Virus record (IMG/VR): IMGVR_UViG_3300043406_000030
Coordinates: 1 to 51,736 of that record
Strand: one strand, 5' to 3'
DNA length: 51,736 bases
Origin: a virus
Lineage: Duplodnaviria; Caudoviricetes
How positions within the stretch are numbered: position 1 is the first letter of the stretch; every line of letters starts with the position of its first letter. The notes beneath the pieces were generated by a model, which had not been told where the DNA came from, made no database searches, and saw nothing but the letters and a program-made list of their open reading frames with translations. Both the position numbers and the translations under genes were made by a program. Below are positions 27,757 to 37,069 of the stretch, one piece after another.

Positions 27757-30288
27757 TTATTTCACCCCCCACGTCGGGCCGACATTTGTGTCGATGCTCA
27801 ACGGCACGTCGAACTCGGGAAGCAACTTGCGCAGCGTCGGTACCGAACTCATGATGTCATGCGTGACCTCCTTCGTTTTCTTTTCCATTCCGCGAGGAAT
27901 ATCTTGCACGATATCATCATGCACTTCGATGCACAGCAGGGGCATGTGCGGCCATTTCTTTTGCATCAAGGCGGTGTGGTAATCGACGTAACTCCATTTG
28001 AACTGACTCAGCAACGCTTCTTCTAAGTCTATCATCGCTGACCCGGTCACGTATGACGCGAGTGACTGTATCGGATAGTTAATGGCCTGGTTAATGACGT
28101 GGGATTTGAATCGCATGTATATACGATACGCAAATTTGTCAGATCGCTCGGGCTCAGGAGGCAAAGGCAAGCGGCGGATTTGCCCCAGAGCGTTGCTGAC
28201 ACAACCTTGCTGGAGAACGGTAGCTTCCTGTCTCTGATGATATTTTTTAACACCCGGAAACAGTGTGGACAAAAACCGATCAAGTAACTTACCCGATTCT
28301 TCCACATGCTTTTCATAATTTGAATCCAGTTTCACACCTTGCGTCACCCACAAGTCATCAGCCAGCGACCACTTTTTCTTGTTGTAAATAATCGCCAGCA
28401 CTAAGCTTTTGATTGCCGTGTATTCTTTCGTGCTTTTTTCAACAGTCTTCTTGAAGAAGTCTTCGCCAATTTTGATGTACCCATTGGGATACTTTGTAAA
28501 ATATTCAGTAAGGCGATGTTCGCCAGTGACCCATCCTCCCGCGATGGGTTCAAGTTTTGAGTAATCGTTATCAGCAATGTTCCCGCCTTTAAACCTGCTG
28601 ACAACAATCTTACGAACCCGGACTGGCCAGTTTTGGAAATTAGGGCTTGCACTCGATCGCCTCCCTGTCTTTGCGGCCAACGCGTTGATCTGTACTGGTA
28701 TCCAGAACCTGCCGTCCGGCATGCGTTGCATCTTCTTTTCAAGACCATCACAATACGTGGTCTTCAGCTTATCCGCCTTAGAGTATGATAGAAGGGCCTG
28801 AATCTCCGGGTAGTCGTTTTGGTATTCTTTCAACACTTTGGCTGAAGAAGAGGCTAACCCGCCTGCAGTGTACGACTCGATTTTCAGGCCCAACTTATCA
28901 TAGACAAGCTCTCGAACGTCGTTATCTTTGGACGCTTCGAAGTCGCTCATCCCGTGCTTCTTGGCAAACTTCAACAACACCTTCTTCGTCTTGGCTTCTT
29001 CTGCGTACACCTCTTGCTTCATCTTCTGAAACAAAGGCATCGAGATATACACGCCGGCATGCTTCATCCTGTGAAGCGTCATCGCTATTTTGTGCGTGAT
29101 GTGCTGCGGGCCTTCGGCGTCTGGCTCGAAGGCTTCAAAAACTTTGAATGTCGCCCACGCATCAAGGCGGCAGCGTTCATCGCGCAACGGCAACGGCCAC
29201 AGTGTAGGATCTGGTCCAAGAGCTTCTGTAGGTGCCTTGTAGTCCTTGGCATTGTGCCGTGCAAGGAGCAAAGATTCAAGTGTATAGCCGCCGACTCCCC
29301 TGTTTTCGTCAGCAAGCTTAGCGATAAGTAAGGTGTCACGCTGTTTGTTTCCTCTCAGCCATTGTTCCAGGGCAACCGTGATACCTGTAACTTTTGCTTT
29401 AATCAATGCGTCAATGTCAACAGGCAGATTATGTCCTATAAGGATCGCTTTAGACAACACGCCGGAGATGCGAGACAAACTCTTTGCTTCCACGGTCACG
29501 GCTTGCTTGCCGTCTGAAACGGCGCCACACAACACTTCTTGTGGCGTGTACTCCGTGTCAAACGAAAGGTACTTACTCTTGGTCGGCAACACGTTGCCTG
29601 ACGGATATTCCAACAGGGGCATGCCTTGCCGCTTGATGTCTTCGAGAAACCGGGCCGCCTCATTGGGCGAGGTTGCCAATTGTGCAAGCGAGCTTGTGAC
29701 CGTGTATACAAACTTGCGAACGCCTAGCTTGCTCGCATACTCGGTTGTTTTCGTTCTGCCCCTCGATTTCGCCAGCGTGCCGGCTGACCCGCTGTTTGCC
29801 AACGATCGGTACGCACTTCTCCCAAGCGCAACGATGTAACGTGGAGCTATCTGTGCAATCGTTCTATACACAAACGGGGCACACGCGCGGATCTGACTCA
29901 TTTTGGGCGTCTTCGACGGCTTGCACCGCAGGATAGGAACAAAGGCCACTTGGTTGCGTTTAATTCCTGCTTGGATCAACAGCCGCTTAAACTCTTGCCC
30001 GCTTAACCCTGCATACAAGTCTCCTGTGCGCTCGTACTCGACGGACGTTTCGCCGACAAACAAAAAGTCGCCACTCCAGTCGTCTGGCACGAAAGGGCGT
30101 ATAAAGGGCTCTCGGCACGATTTGTGCAATGCGCACTTTAGGCATGCTTCGCGCGCGACTCCTGCACTGGACATCGCCTCAGTCTGAATCAGCGCAATCG
30201 CTTTCGCTGCGCGTGGCTTCTTCTTTAGCGTTTGAATAACGTTTTGAACATCCTTGATAGCATTTTGCTTCGTTGCTCTGGGTCGCAT
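27757..30288 (-). CDS. polA: Family A DNA polymerase with N-terminal family-4 UDG-like domain
   Basis: UDG4-like C..C...FVGE...G.SG...RC.P...AC...IVALG; exo FDTEY/GHNLPVD; TGRRSS..PNFQN; motif A DYSKLE; INYPIQS; motif C VHDD. Confidence 0.92.
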   Translation of the reverse strand: MRPRATKQNAIKDVQNVIQTLKKKPRAAKAIALIQTEAMSSAGVAREACLKCALHKSCREPFIRPFVPDDWSGDFLFVGETSVEYERTGDLYAGLSGQEFKRLLIQAGIKRNQVAFVPILRCKPSKTPKMSQIRACAPFVYRTIAQIAPRYIVALGRSAYRSLANSGSAGTLAKSRGRTKTTEYASKLGVRKFVYTVTSSLAQLATSPNEAARFLEDIKRQGMPLLEYPSGNVLPTKSKYLSFDTEYTPQEVLCGAVSDGKQAVTVEAKSLSRISGVLSKAILIGHNLPVDIDALIKAKVTGITVALEQWLRGNKQRDTLLIAKLADENRGVGGYTLESLLLARHNAKDYKAPTEALGPDPTLWPLPLRDERCRLDAWATFKVFEAFEPDAEGPQHITHKIAMTLHRMKHAGVYISMPLFQKMKQEVYAEEAKTKKVLLKFAKKHGMSDFEASKDNDVRELVYDKLGLKIESYTAGGLASSSAKVLKEYQNDYPEIQALLSYSKADKLKTTYCDGLEKKMQRMPDGRFWIPVQINALAAKTGRRSSASPNFQNWPVRVRKIVVSRFKGGNIADNDYSKLEPIAGGWVTGEHRLTEYFTKYPNGYIKIGEDFFKKTVEKSTKEYTAIKSLVLAIIYNKKKWSLADDLWVTQGVKLDSNYEKHVEESGKLLDRFLSTLFPGVKKYHQRQEATVLQQGCVSNALGQIRRLPLPPEPERSDKFAYRIYMRFKSHVINQAINYPIQSLASYVTGSAMIDLEEALLSQFKWSYVDYHTALMQKKWPHMPLLCIEVHDDIVQDIPRGMEKKTKEVTHDIMSSVPTLRKLLPEFDVPLSIDTNVGPTWGVK

Positions 30289-30887
30289 TCGGCTAAATCC
30301 TTTTCAGGTCCTGGCATGGTTGCCAAACGCACATTAAACGAGTTAGACGCAAGAAACGCCACAATCGGGATACCATACGCCCCGCTATCACGGTCCAGCA
30401 ACACCAGAGTCTTATCTGCCTCAAGCAGCAACGCCAGGTGATACAGTGTCGCTTTGCTTGGCTGCATGCCCATTAACGCGTAGCCCGTCCACCCTTCGCC
30501 TGCTGCTGCAAGCGCGTCCATCGGACCTTCGACGACAACGTTACCTCGTCTATACCCCCGTGCAGGCCGCACAACAACGATTGCTTCGTGCCGTGGCCCT
30601 TTGGGAGACGTGTAGCGTAATCTTGCTTTAGCGTCTATCGCCCTCGCTTGCCAGTACACGTGTCCAGACTTGTGTGTCCTTGCTGGGATTACGATTCTGC
30701 GCTCATTGTCTCCCGCGTCCTTAGACTCGTACCAGCCATTTTCCTTCGCCAGTTGTGGGTTTAAACTTCTTTCGCTCAAGTACACATACATAGCCCCTGA
30801 TGCTTCAGCGCAATACGCAGGCCGCTCCGTACACATCGGATGCTTGTTCGGCTTTCGCTCCTCGGCTTCATGCTGATAAAACATCAC
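30225..30887 (-). CDS. TOPRIM (DnaG-like) primase
   Basis: RIVIP...YWQAR...RY; VVEGPMDAL; LLDRD; KD motif. Confidence 0.85.
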   Translation of the reverse strand: MMFYQHEAEERKPNKHPMCTERPAYCAEASGAMYVYLSERSLNPQLAKENGWYESKDAGDNERRIVIPARTHKSGHVYWQARAIDAKARLRYTSPKGPRHEAIVVVRPARGYRRGNVVVEGPMDALAAAGEGWTGYALMGMQPSKATLYHLALLLEADKTLVLLDRDSGAYGIPIVAFLASNSFNVRLATMPGPEKDLAECDPEQRSKMLSRMFKTLFKR

Positions 30888-31123
30888 GCCTTCCTCGGCA
30901 ACTCTGGTGGCGGAAACTCATCAGGCCGCGTCATCAGCGTTACCGTCAACGACTCTTCCGCAGGCTCATACACAAACCGGGATCGCTCATACGTTTTAGA
31001 AATATCTTCCAAGTCCTTGAGGGAGAACTTAACTTGCCCGCCAAGTTTCATCAAAAACAGATTCATGGTCATGATAAGTAATTCGTGAGACACAAAGTCT
31101 GCCCGCACATGTGGAGCGTCCAT
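30884..31123 (-). CDS. Hypothetical protein
   Basis: Start reassigned to ATG 31123 with GGAGG RBS. Confidence 0.55.
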   Translation of the reverse strand: MDAPHVRADFVSHELLIMTMNLFLMKLGGQVKFSLKDLEDISKTYERSRFVYEPAEESLTVTLMTRPDEFPPPELPRKA

Positions 31124-31136
31124 TGTATTCCTCCAT

Positions 31137-31286
31137 CTACGAGTAAATGCCAAAATCTCCATAAAACTCAGACGCGGCCCACTCTTCGCCGGAGTGTATA
31201 TCGGCGTATGCGAGCTGATCCTCGTCGGTCTTGTTGTGAAGCCGAACAAATGCGTCAAACTGTTTTTTGAATTCGCCAATCGTCAT
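31137..31286 (-). CDS. Hypothetical protein (49 aa; not in ORF track)
   Basis: GGAGG RBS; MTIGEFKKQFDAF...; first gene after the repeated element at 31301. Confidence 0.55.
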   Translation of the reverse strand: MTIGEFKKQFDAFVRLHNKTDEDQLAYADIHSGEEWAASEFYGDFGIYS

Positions 31287-31300
31287 AATGTCCTCCGTTG

Positions 31301-31340
31301 CTCATACTCTATAGCGTATTGAAACACGTTTTTATAACAA
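31301..31340 (-). promoter_or_regulatory. Putative phage-specific promoter, copy 1
   Basis: TTGTTATAAAAACGTGTTTCAATACGCTATAGAGTA matches 37149-37184 at 34/36 positions; faces the replication genes. Confidence 0.65.
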
Positions 31341-31412
31341 AGCCATGTAACTGCGCATTAAATAACAGCAATCTTAATTGACTCGCATACGTAGTTTGCT
31401 GTAGACTCGGAC

Positions 31413-32084
31413 TTAACACGCATAGTCTAACAGCGATTCTTGTAACTTTCTTTTAGCCTTGACGTACGTTCGCCACAGCGACTGTCTTGCAGCCTGATTG
31501 CCTTCGCCGGCCAAATCGTCTAGCGTTTCATTGCCGTACACGGCATGCTTAATTACGTTTTGTTCAATCGGAGTTAACTTCGCAAACGCTTGTTCGATGT
31601 CTGCTGTCAACGAAATGTCCGGGCATGAAAGCAAGTCCGCTTCTGTCAAGTGAATCTGCTCTCTGTGTGTCACTCCTCTCCCTACGATCGTGTGGCACAA
31701 CGCGCACGCCTGGTAGATGTTGAGTTCAGCCTTGTGACAAAACGGGCATTCGTGCTCAAGGTTGACAACTACTCTGTCCACGCTTGCTGTAGGCTCCACG
31801 CTTGACGCCTCTAGCTCGATTGAACACACTCGGCTTTCCTCGACAAGGGCTTTTCGCGCGTTCGTGGCGTGCTGGTGTTTCGCGGCCTGTTTCAGGTACG
31901 TATAAATACGCCCATCAATGGCGTCATGCGTAAAACGGCAATAGGCTTTCGACGCAAGTTGGGCAACAATCATTTCTTGCACCGCTTCAATCGCGTATTC
32001 TCGACTGCGTATTTTCTTTGCAAGCCACGCAGTCACAGCGGCGCTGTATGTGTCAATGGCTTTCATAAAGTTTTGCCGTTTCAT
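31413..32084 (-). CDS. Sigma70/ECF-like sigma factor with Zn-ribbon insertion
   Basis: AGGAGG RBS; region-2-like A.EAVQE...IYTYL..AA; region-4-like I..AF.KLTP.E..VI....Y....L...A...A.RKL; CPFC..CALC between them. Confidence 0.65.
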   Translation of the reverse strand: MKRQNFMKAIDTYSAAVTAWLAKKIRSREYAIEAVQEMIVAQLASKAYCRFTHDAIDGRIYTYLKQAAKHQHATNARKALVEESRVCSIELEASSVEPTASVDRVVVNLEHECPFCHKAELNIYQACALCHTIVGRGVTHREQIHLTEADLLSCPDISLTADIEQAFAKLTPIEQNVIKHAVYGNETLDDLAGEGNQAARQSLWRTYVKAKRKLQESLLDYAC

Positions 32085-32470
32085 TGCCTGATCCTCCTGT
32101 GTTGTTTCTCGCGAATCCTTCGACACGCTTTACAGACACGGCGCGTTTTGTTCCAATAGATGTTATCACCTGCCATCTCGTGACCCCTGGCGCAATGTGT
32201 ACGAAAAGGCGGAGGGTGCAAGTTATCGCTTGACGATTTCTCCCCGTTATGGTTCGCTTCAACACACTTCTGCTCGACACGCTCGTGCTCCCATATTTTA
32301 AAGATGGCCCACTTCGTTTTTTTCTTCAGCAAGCCAATCAAGTTATTGGGCTCGAATTTCTGCTTTAGCAACGATGCGACCGCGTTGTGATACCCGTCCT
32401 CGCCGTTGTCCGGGTCAAGGCGCCGGGCATACTTGCGCAAGGTCGCGTCTGTTTCGCTGTCAAGTATCAT
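32081..32470 (-). CDS. Sigma-region-2-like domain fused to HC..GH..C..C zinc finger
   Basis: LRKYARRL....GED.YH.AV..LL; C-terminal THCARGHE...N.Y....R.C.AC.R. Confidence 0.5.
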   Translation of the reverse strand: MILDSETDATLRKYARRLDPDNGEDGYHNAVASLLKQKFEPNNLIGLLKKKTKWAIFKIWEHERVEQKCVEANHNGEKSSSDNLHPPPFRTHCARGHEMAGDNIYWNKTRRVCKACRRIREKQHRRIRQ

Positions 32471-32642
32471 TGTGTTTATTCCTCTTTTCGCCCTGCACAT
32501 AAGAAGGCGTCTCACATAAACAAGCGTCAAATTCGGGCATGGTTTCATCTATCGCCATGCCGTCCCAGTCATGACAATAATGCTTGTGTTGCCCTGTTAA
32601 TTTATCAAAACACTCTTGCTCAAAGTCTCGCTTTGGTTTCAT
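32460..32642 (-). CDS. Small Cys/His protein
   Basis: HYC.DWD...IDE..PEF..C.C; coupled ORF. Confidence 0.5.
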   Translation of the reverse strand: MKPKRDFEQECFDKLTGQHKHYCHDWDGMAIDETMPEFDACLCETPSYVQGEKRNKHNDT

Positions 32643-32983
32643 GCCGTTGCTCTTTCTTTCGCGTGCTGATAGATAAATTGACCAGCATCTGTTTTCTGTC
32701 CTGCTTTCAATGTCTCCCAATAGTCAGCCCAATTAGGGCTCCCTGGGTTACAGTCATCATGTCGAAACTTGCTTGGTCCGACCATTTGCAAATCCCTCGA
32801 TGTCCGTTGGCACACATAGCACGTTCGGACAGGGCAACGTTCGTCAAGTATTTCTTTGCGCACAGAAGGCAAGGTTTCAGCATGACGCAGCACGTTTGCA
32901 ATTGCCTGGTCTGCTGTTATTCTTGCTTTAGCAAGCTTCTTTGCCCGTCCTTTTGTTTTTGCTAGTTTCTTTTTTTGTGGCAT
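32639..32983 (-). CDS. Hypothetical basic protein with Zn-binding motif
   Basis: AAGGAG RBS; CYVC...H..C. Confidence 0.55.
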   Translation of the reverse strand: MPQKKKLAKTKGRAKKLAKARITADQAIANVLRHAETLPSVRKEILDERCPVRTCYVCQRTSRDLQMVGPSKFRHDDCNPGSPNWADYWETLKAGQKTDAGQFIYQHAKERATA

Positions 32984-33191
32984 GTGACTCCTTTGCTAAC
33001 AGTTTGGTGATATGTCTTGCAAGATGTCGCAACGCTCTATGCCTGTCAGTTACCTTTTGTTTCTTTGCGCGTGTCCTGCGCATGGCTGTGCGATTGTATT
33101 TCTTCAAGTGTGCTCTGTTGTTGCTTCTCCACTCTGCGTCAAGTTGCGCAAATTTATGCTCGTTGCGTATTTTTAATGCGACCCAATTCAT
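32928..33191 (-). CDS. Hypothetical basic protein
   Basis: AGGAG RBS; Arg/Lys rich. Confidence 0.45.
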   Translation of the reverse strand: MNWVALKIRNEHKFAQLDAEWRSNNRAHLKKYNRTAMRRTRAKKQKVTDRHRALRHLARHITKLLAKESHATKKETSKNKRTGKEAC

Positions 33192-33357
33192 GCACACTCC
33201 TGTTTATTTCTAGCCAGTCATCGAAACAGTGTAAGCATGTACAATCAAACTCGTGTTCGTGCTTTTCGCAATACCTCGCTTCACAGTTTGGCGGATCTAG
33301 CATTTTATCATAGTCCATCATGTTATACCTCAAAATTTCTGTGTACAGTTATACTAG

Positions 33358-33380
33358 TTCCTAGTCTTACAGACTAGGAA
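33358..33380. other. Perfect 10-bp inverted repeat
   Basis: TTCCTAGTCT-TAC-AGACTAGGAA in an intergenic region. Confidence 0.6.
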
Positions 33381-33415
33381 GTCTTGCAAGATGTCTTGCA
33401 TTACTTGATTGTCGC

Positions 33416-33649
33416 TTACCACCCGAATTCCTGCTGCCTATTAAACCCATCAACTAAGGCTGCGGTTAGACGTTCAGCTTCAATTCGCGCTTCGACACGG
33501 TTGGTGTCGGTTGGTTGAACAAAGTCATTTATGTTTACACGCGCAACGGGACTGCCTTGTTCGTTTAGAATGACAAACTCTCCCCAAAGATAATTCTTCA
33601 GATTATCATACCCAACATGTTGAAACTCATATTGTAAAGTCATTGGCAA
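33416..33649 (-). CDS. Hypothetical early protein
   Basis: 77-aa ORF in the early cluster. Confidence 0.55.
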   Translation of the reverse strand: MPMTLQYEFQHVGYDNLKNYLWGEFVILNEQGSPVARVNINDFVQPTDTNRVEARIEAERLTAALVDGFNRQQEFGW

Positions 33650-33658
33650 ACCTTTCTG

Positions 33659-33850
33659 TTACTGTATCACGGTGGTAATGCAGTTACCCCCCGATGAACA
33701 GCATGTCATGGTCGTGAGTACTGAGCCGTTCGATAGAATCACGGTGTTGTACGTACATGCCGCGTGCGCGTTTCCGCTTGCCAACAAGATGAGCAATGCG
33801 ACAATTGCGCACAGTGCCACAAAGCCCGCTATGAGTTGTAAGTAATACAT
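33659..33850 (-). CDS. Small secreted Cys-rich peptide
   Basis: AAGGAG RBS; signal peptide ending AHA|A; 33-aa mature part with 4 Cys. Confidence 0.55.
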   Translation of the reverse strand: MYYLQLIAGFVALCAIVALLILLASGNAHAACTYNTVILSNGSVLTTMTCCSSGGNCITTVIQ

Positions 33851-33862
33851 TTTACTTCTCCT

Positions 33863-34036
33863 TTACATGGTTACAGTAAATGTACCTATTATATTGCCGT
33901 TGATGTCATATATGTTCTCTTTTGTGGCGCCCTCATCTTCGACGCGTGCCGCAATTTCTCGCAGGATACGCCCGCATTCGGTTGCTGGATACTGGTCAAA
34001 CGCTGCGTTATTGGTTGTAAACGACAATTTAAACAT
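33863..34036 (-). CDS. Small early protein (57 aa; not in ORF track)
   Basis: AGGAGG RBS; MFKL.F.T.NAAF...E..RILR.IA...D.NGN.IG pattern. Confidence 0.6.
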   Translation of the reverse strand: MFKLSFTTNNAAFDQYPATECGRILREIAARVEDEGATKENIYDINGNIIGTFTVTM

Positions 34037-34680
34037 CGCATCCTCCTAGATTACACGTTTATAGGTTGCCACAAACTCTTTGCCCTTATCGTTCACGGCG
34101 CACAGTCTAAAATACTTTTGGTATCCTTTATACTTTAGATAGTTGACGAAATTCTGTTCCTTTTTCCCACCTGTGACTGTGATATACAGACTCATGTAAT
34201 GCCTCCTTTATTAAACTGTTATGTGGCTGTCAAGGATGGCGATTTGTATGTCTTTTAGTTCGCCGATCCATTCTGGATCATTGGACACTGCTGGACTTGT
34301 CAACTTGTGCTCTAGGGCATAGTATATTTCTGCCCACTGCTTGTCAGTAAATTTAGGCTGTGTTTGCATCTTGGTAGATCCTTTCTTGAGTGGTTAGTAC
34401 GGCCGACGTTTGCCGAATAACACGAAACCGACCAGCGCCAGCGTTGTCAGGACAAGGAACACAGGAACACTGATGATTGCGATAACAAGATATTCTAAGA
34501 ACGTCATATTTCCCCCTTTCCCCAGTATGCCGGAGTGACAACCCATTCTCCTATTTCGTACCACTTCTGATTTCTGTTGAGCTCGACGGCGCATATTTGC
34601 GCTTGTACGATGTTGCGAAACTCTCTTGCTATTGCTCGCCCTGATAAGCTGTGACGGATTGTATACATGGTCATTTCTCC

Positions 34681-35316
34681 TTAAAATACAAGGTTTAATG
34701 TCCGCAATGCCTCTTGAAACTCTTTCATAATGGCTGGGAGTCTTTCACGCAACCGTGCTTCTAATCCTGGCGCGGTCAAATCGTCGTCGGTTGCATCAGG
34801 CCACACTGCACACGATCGCGCATAATCTAAGTTTCTTGTCTTTGATGATTTTTCGTCCCACTGGACAATGTAGCCTGGCTTCCCTTCTGCTTTTTCTGCA
34901 ACCGCGCGGTCTACATAGCCTATACACTCCTCTTTCGCATCGCGGATGCCAAGAGGGTCGGGCGCGTGTGTGTAGTATACCCATGCAGATTTGGGTCCGT
35001 GTTCGAGGACATGATGGCGCGTATTTTCGATGTAATACAGTGGGCCTTCGCTTGTCATGCCGTGGAACTTTAAGAACGGTTGTAGGTGTGGAAAGTGTTT
35101 CGCAATATCATCATGCACACAGCCGAATGCGTCCTCGACCCACCGGCTATTCTCTGATTTTCTGTATTGTTCACCTGTAATGGCGAATGAGTTGTGGCCG
35201 TTGCCGCACTCGTCGTCATACCTTACAGTGGCTGTGAGCTTGTATGTCACGCCGTCTTGCTTGTAGACTTTAGGACCGAATACCTTTGTTTGTTTTTTGG
35301 TTAGTATTGATTGCAT
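34681..35316 (-). CDS. Hypothetical early protein
   Basis: Start reassigned to ATG 35316 (AAAGGAG RBS); YDD.C.NGHN.F.ITG, GC.HD.I..HFP. Confidence 0.7.
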   Translation of the reverse strand: MQSILTKKQTKVFGPKVYKQDGVTYKLTATVRYDDECGNGHNSFAITGEQYRKSENSRWVEDAFGCVHDDIAKHFPHLQPFLKFHGMTSEGPLYYIENTRHHVLEHGPKSAWVYYTHAPDPLGIRDAKEECIGYVDRAVAEKAEGKPGYIVQWDEKSSKTRNLDYARSCAVWPDATDDDLTAPGLEARLRERLPAIMKEFQEALRTLNLVF

Positions 35317-35535
35317 GTTATCTCCTTTATCGCACATGTGAATTGTTTTGTGCTTGTTTCCATGCCTGGTAGGTTTCATTGACTCGCATGTCGGCTTTGT
35401 CGATGTCCTCGTAGCTCACGTGAATGTTTGCTAGGTGAAGTTTATGCCGCCGGTTGTATTCACGCACAAACGAGTTGTATGTGCGATAGATTCGCCAGAG
35501 TTTGATTAGGTTGAGTGTCATTGTCGCCCCCTTGG

Positions 35536-36030
35536 TTATTGGTTCTTCAATCTCCGACCTGTGAAGCAAGCCATGTCCCCTTTGTTTACGCCATACCATT
35601 TCTTTCCATCGGGGCCAGTAAACCATACCCAGTTGGTTTCGACTCTACAAAATCCGTACGAGTAGCCTGTGCGCACATAGCACCAGGCGGCTTTCCACTT
35701 GCCCGTCCATTGCGCTACACTGTGCTTTGTATAGTGCCATGTTCCTGCATTCATTTGTTTCCAACGGGGATTATCAGGCGAGCATTCAGGGCGAATGTAT
35801 GAAAGGTAGAATGTCCCTTTTCCGCGTGCAATTGTGGCTTGCAATTCTGCATTGGCAAGTATAGCATTGTGTGTCGTGATTTCTTCATCGGCAGGTCCCT
35901 GTGAGGTTTCGACTTTGCCGATCGGCTGGTAGGCCCCATGCCCGGCGAAGTTAAATATATACCCTGCGCACTCGTTGGTGCCTGGTTTCACTAGCAAGCC
36001 ACCTTGATTCTCGTACTGTGTCTGCATCAT
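35536..36030 (-). CDS. Hypothetical early protein
   Basis: AAGGGG RBS; WF.GPDG..WYG motif. Confidence 0.65.
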   Translation of the reverse strand: MMQTQYENQGGLLVKPGTNECAGYIFNFAGHGAYQPIGKVETSQGPADEEITTHNAILANAELQATIARGKGTFYLSYIRPECSPDNPRWKQMNAGTWHYTKHSVAQWTGKWKAAWCYVRTGYSYGFCRVETNWVWFTGPDGKKWYGVNKGDMACFTGRRLKNQ

Positions 36031-36041
36031 ATCCCCCTTTG

Positions 36042-36425
36042 TTATTTTACAAAGAACGGTCTATTCTCTTTTGTTTCTAGTGTATCAGCCCAATAATGCC
36101 CGTGTGTGATTTCGTCGGTGTTGTGTTCGCGTAGATATGTTTTTAACTCTTCGGGATACTCTTCCCATTCTGTGTAGATAGTACCTTGCCATTCGTATCC
36201 GTGCGTCAGAGCTGTGTGATAGAGGGAGTCTACAAGGGCAGCAAAGTAGCCTCTGACATATTCTCGCACATGAAAGGGAAGGCCTTTGGGGTAACGGTCA
36301 AACAGTTTGCAGTAGCTTTCCACTAGCGAAGCATGTGTACCGTGAAACATTTTATGACTCGATACAAGGTCAGCAACATTGCGCTGCAAGATGTTTTGGA
36401 TGTCTATTGCTCGTCCTAGTTTCAT
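36042..36425 (-). CDS. Hypothetical early protein
   Basis: AAGGGGG RBS; 127 aa. Confidence 0.65.
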   Translation of the reverse strand: MKLGRAIDIQNILQRNVADLVSSHKMFHGTHASLVESYCKLFDRYPKGLPFHVREYVRGYFAALVDSLYHTALTHGYEWQGTIYTEWEEYPEELKTYLREHNTDEITHGHYWADTLETKENRPFFVK

Positions 36426-36453
36426 GTTATCCCCCTTGGTTCAGTGTTTGCTG

Positions 36454-36693
36454 TTAGCTGAAGTCACTTCCATAATTACAGTGTCGGCAATATCCGCCTG
36501 GATTCGGTTCATACTTGTGATTGCTTGGATGGTCAACTGTTCGATAGGATGGTTGGTATCCGCGAACTACAGTGTTGATTCGGCCCCAAGCAGGACGGGC
36601 CGGTTGACCGGCCATTAATTCTTGGCAGCGGGGACATTCGGCATCGTATCGGTTGAAGACTCTCTGACATTGATTGTTATGTTTTGTGTTCAT
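36454..36693 (-). CDS. Small Zn-binding early protein
   Basis: H...C...F.R....CPRC.EL..G..AR..W; directly behind promoter P2. Confidence 0.65.
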   Translation of the reverse strand: MNTKHNNQCQRVFNRYDAECPRCQELMAGQPARPAWGRINTVVRGYQPSYRTVDHPSNHKYEPNPGGYCRHCNYGSDFS

Positions 36694-36730
36694 GATGTTC
36701 CCCCTTGTCCGTGCTACATCCTATGGCTTA

Positions 36731-36759
36731 ACTATAACTCTTCCATTCTGTCTTGTCAA
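36731..36759 (-). promoter_or_regulatory. Sigma70 early promoter P2
   Basis: TTGACA-17 nt-TATAGT with A/T-rich upstream element. Confidence 0.85.
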
Positions 36760-36762
36760 GCA

Positions 36763-37032
36763 TTATTTTGTGTATCGCTTGCGTATGTCAAGATTGTATC
36801 CAATGCGTGTGAGTTCTTCTGCTAGTGGGTTGTATTCTTGTGGGGTTGCAGGGCGTGTTCTTGCGATACATCCGTGATAATTGGCTCCGCCATGTTGCCC
36901 GACATGTTCATAGCTTTGACATGTGGTTTTGTCGCAGGTGAAGTCTATCTCAGGGAATAACGCGAGGACTCCGCCGCTTTTGCCTTTCCAGACTCGAAAG
37001 AGAACTTTTGTTGCGTGTGTGTCGTGTTCCAT
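36763..37032 (-). CDS. Hypothetical early protein
   Basis: V.FR...ALFP...SY.H.GQHG.A...PAT..EY..L..EL..IGY.L motif; behind promoter P1. Confidence 0.7.
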   Translation of the reverse strand: MEHDTHATKVLFRVWKGKSGGVLALFPEIDFTCDKTTCQSYEHVGQHGGANYHGCIARTRPATPQEYNPLAEELTRIGYNLDIRKRYTK

Positions 37033-37069
37033 CTTATTCCCCTTTGTTCGTGATTCATCCTATGGCTTA

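Noticed and set aside
21055-30288. Complete dZ (2-aminoadenine) pathway
   Set aside because: No PurZ/adenylosuccinate-synthetase-like ORF was found
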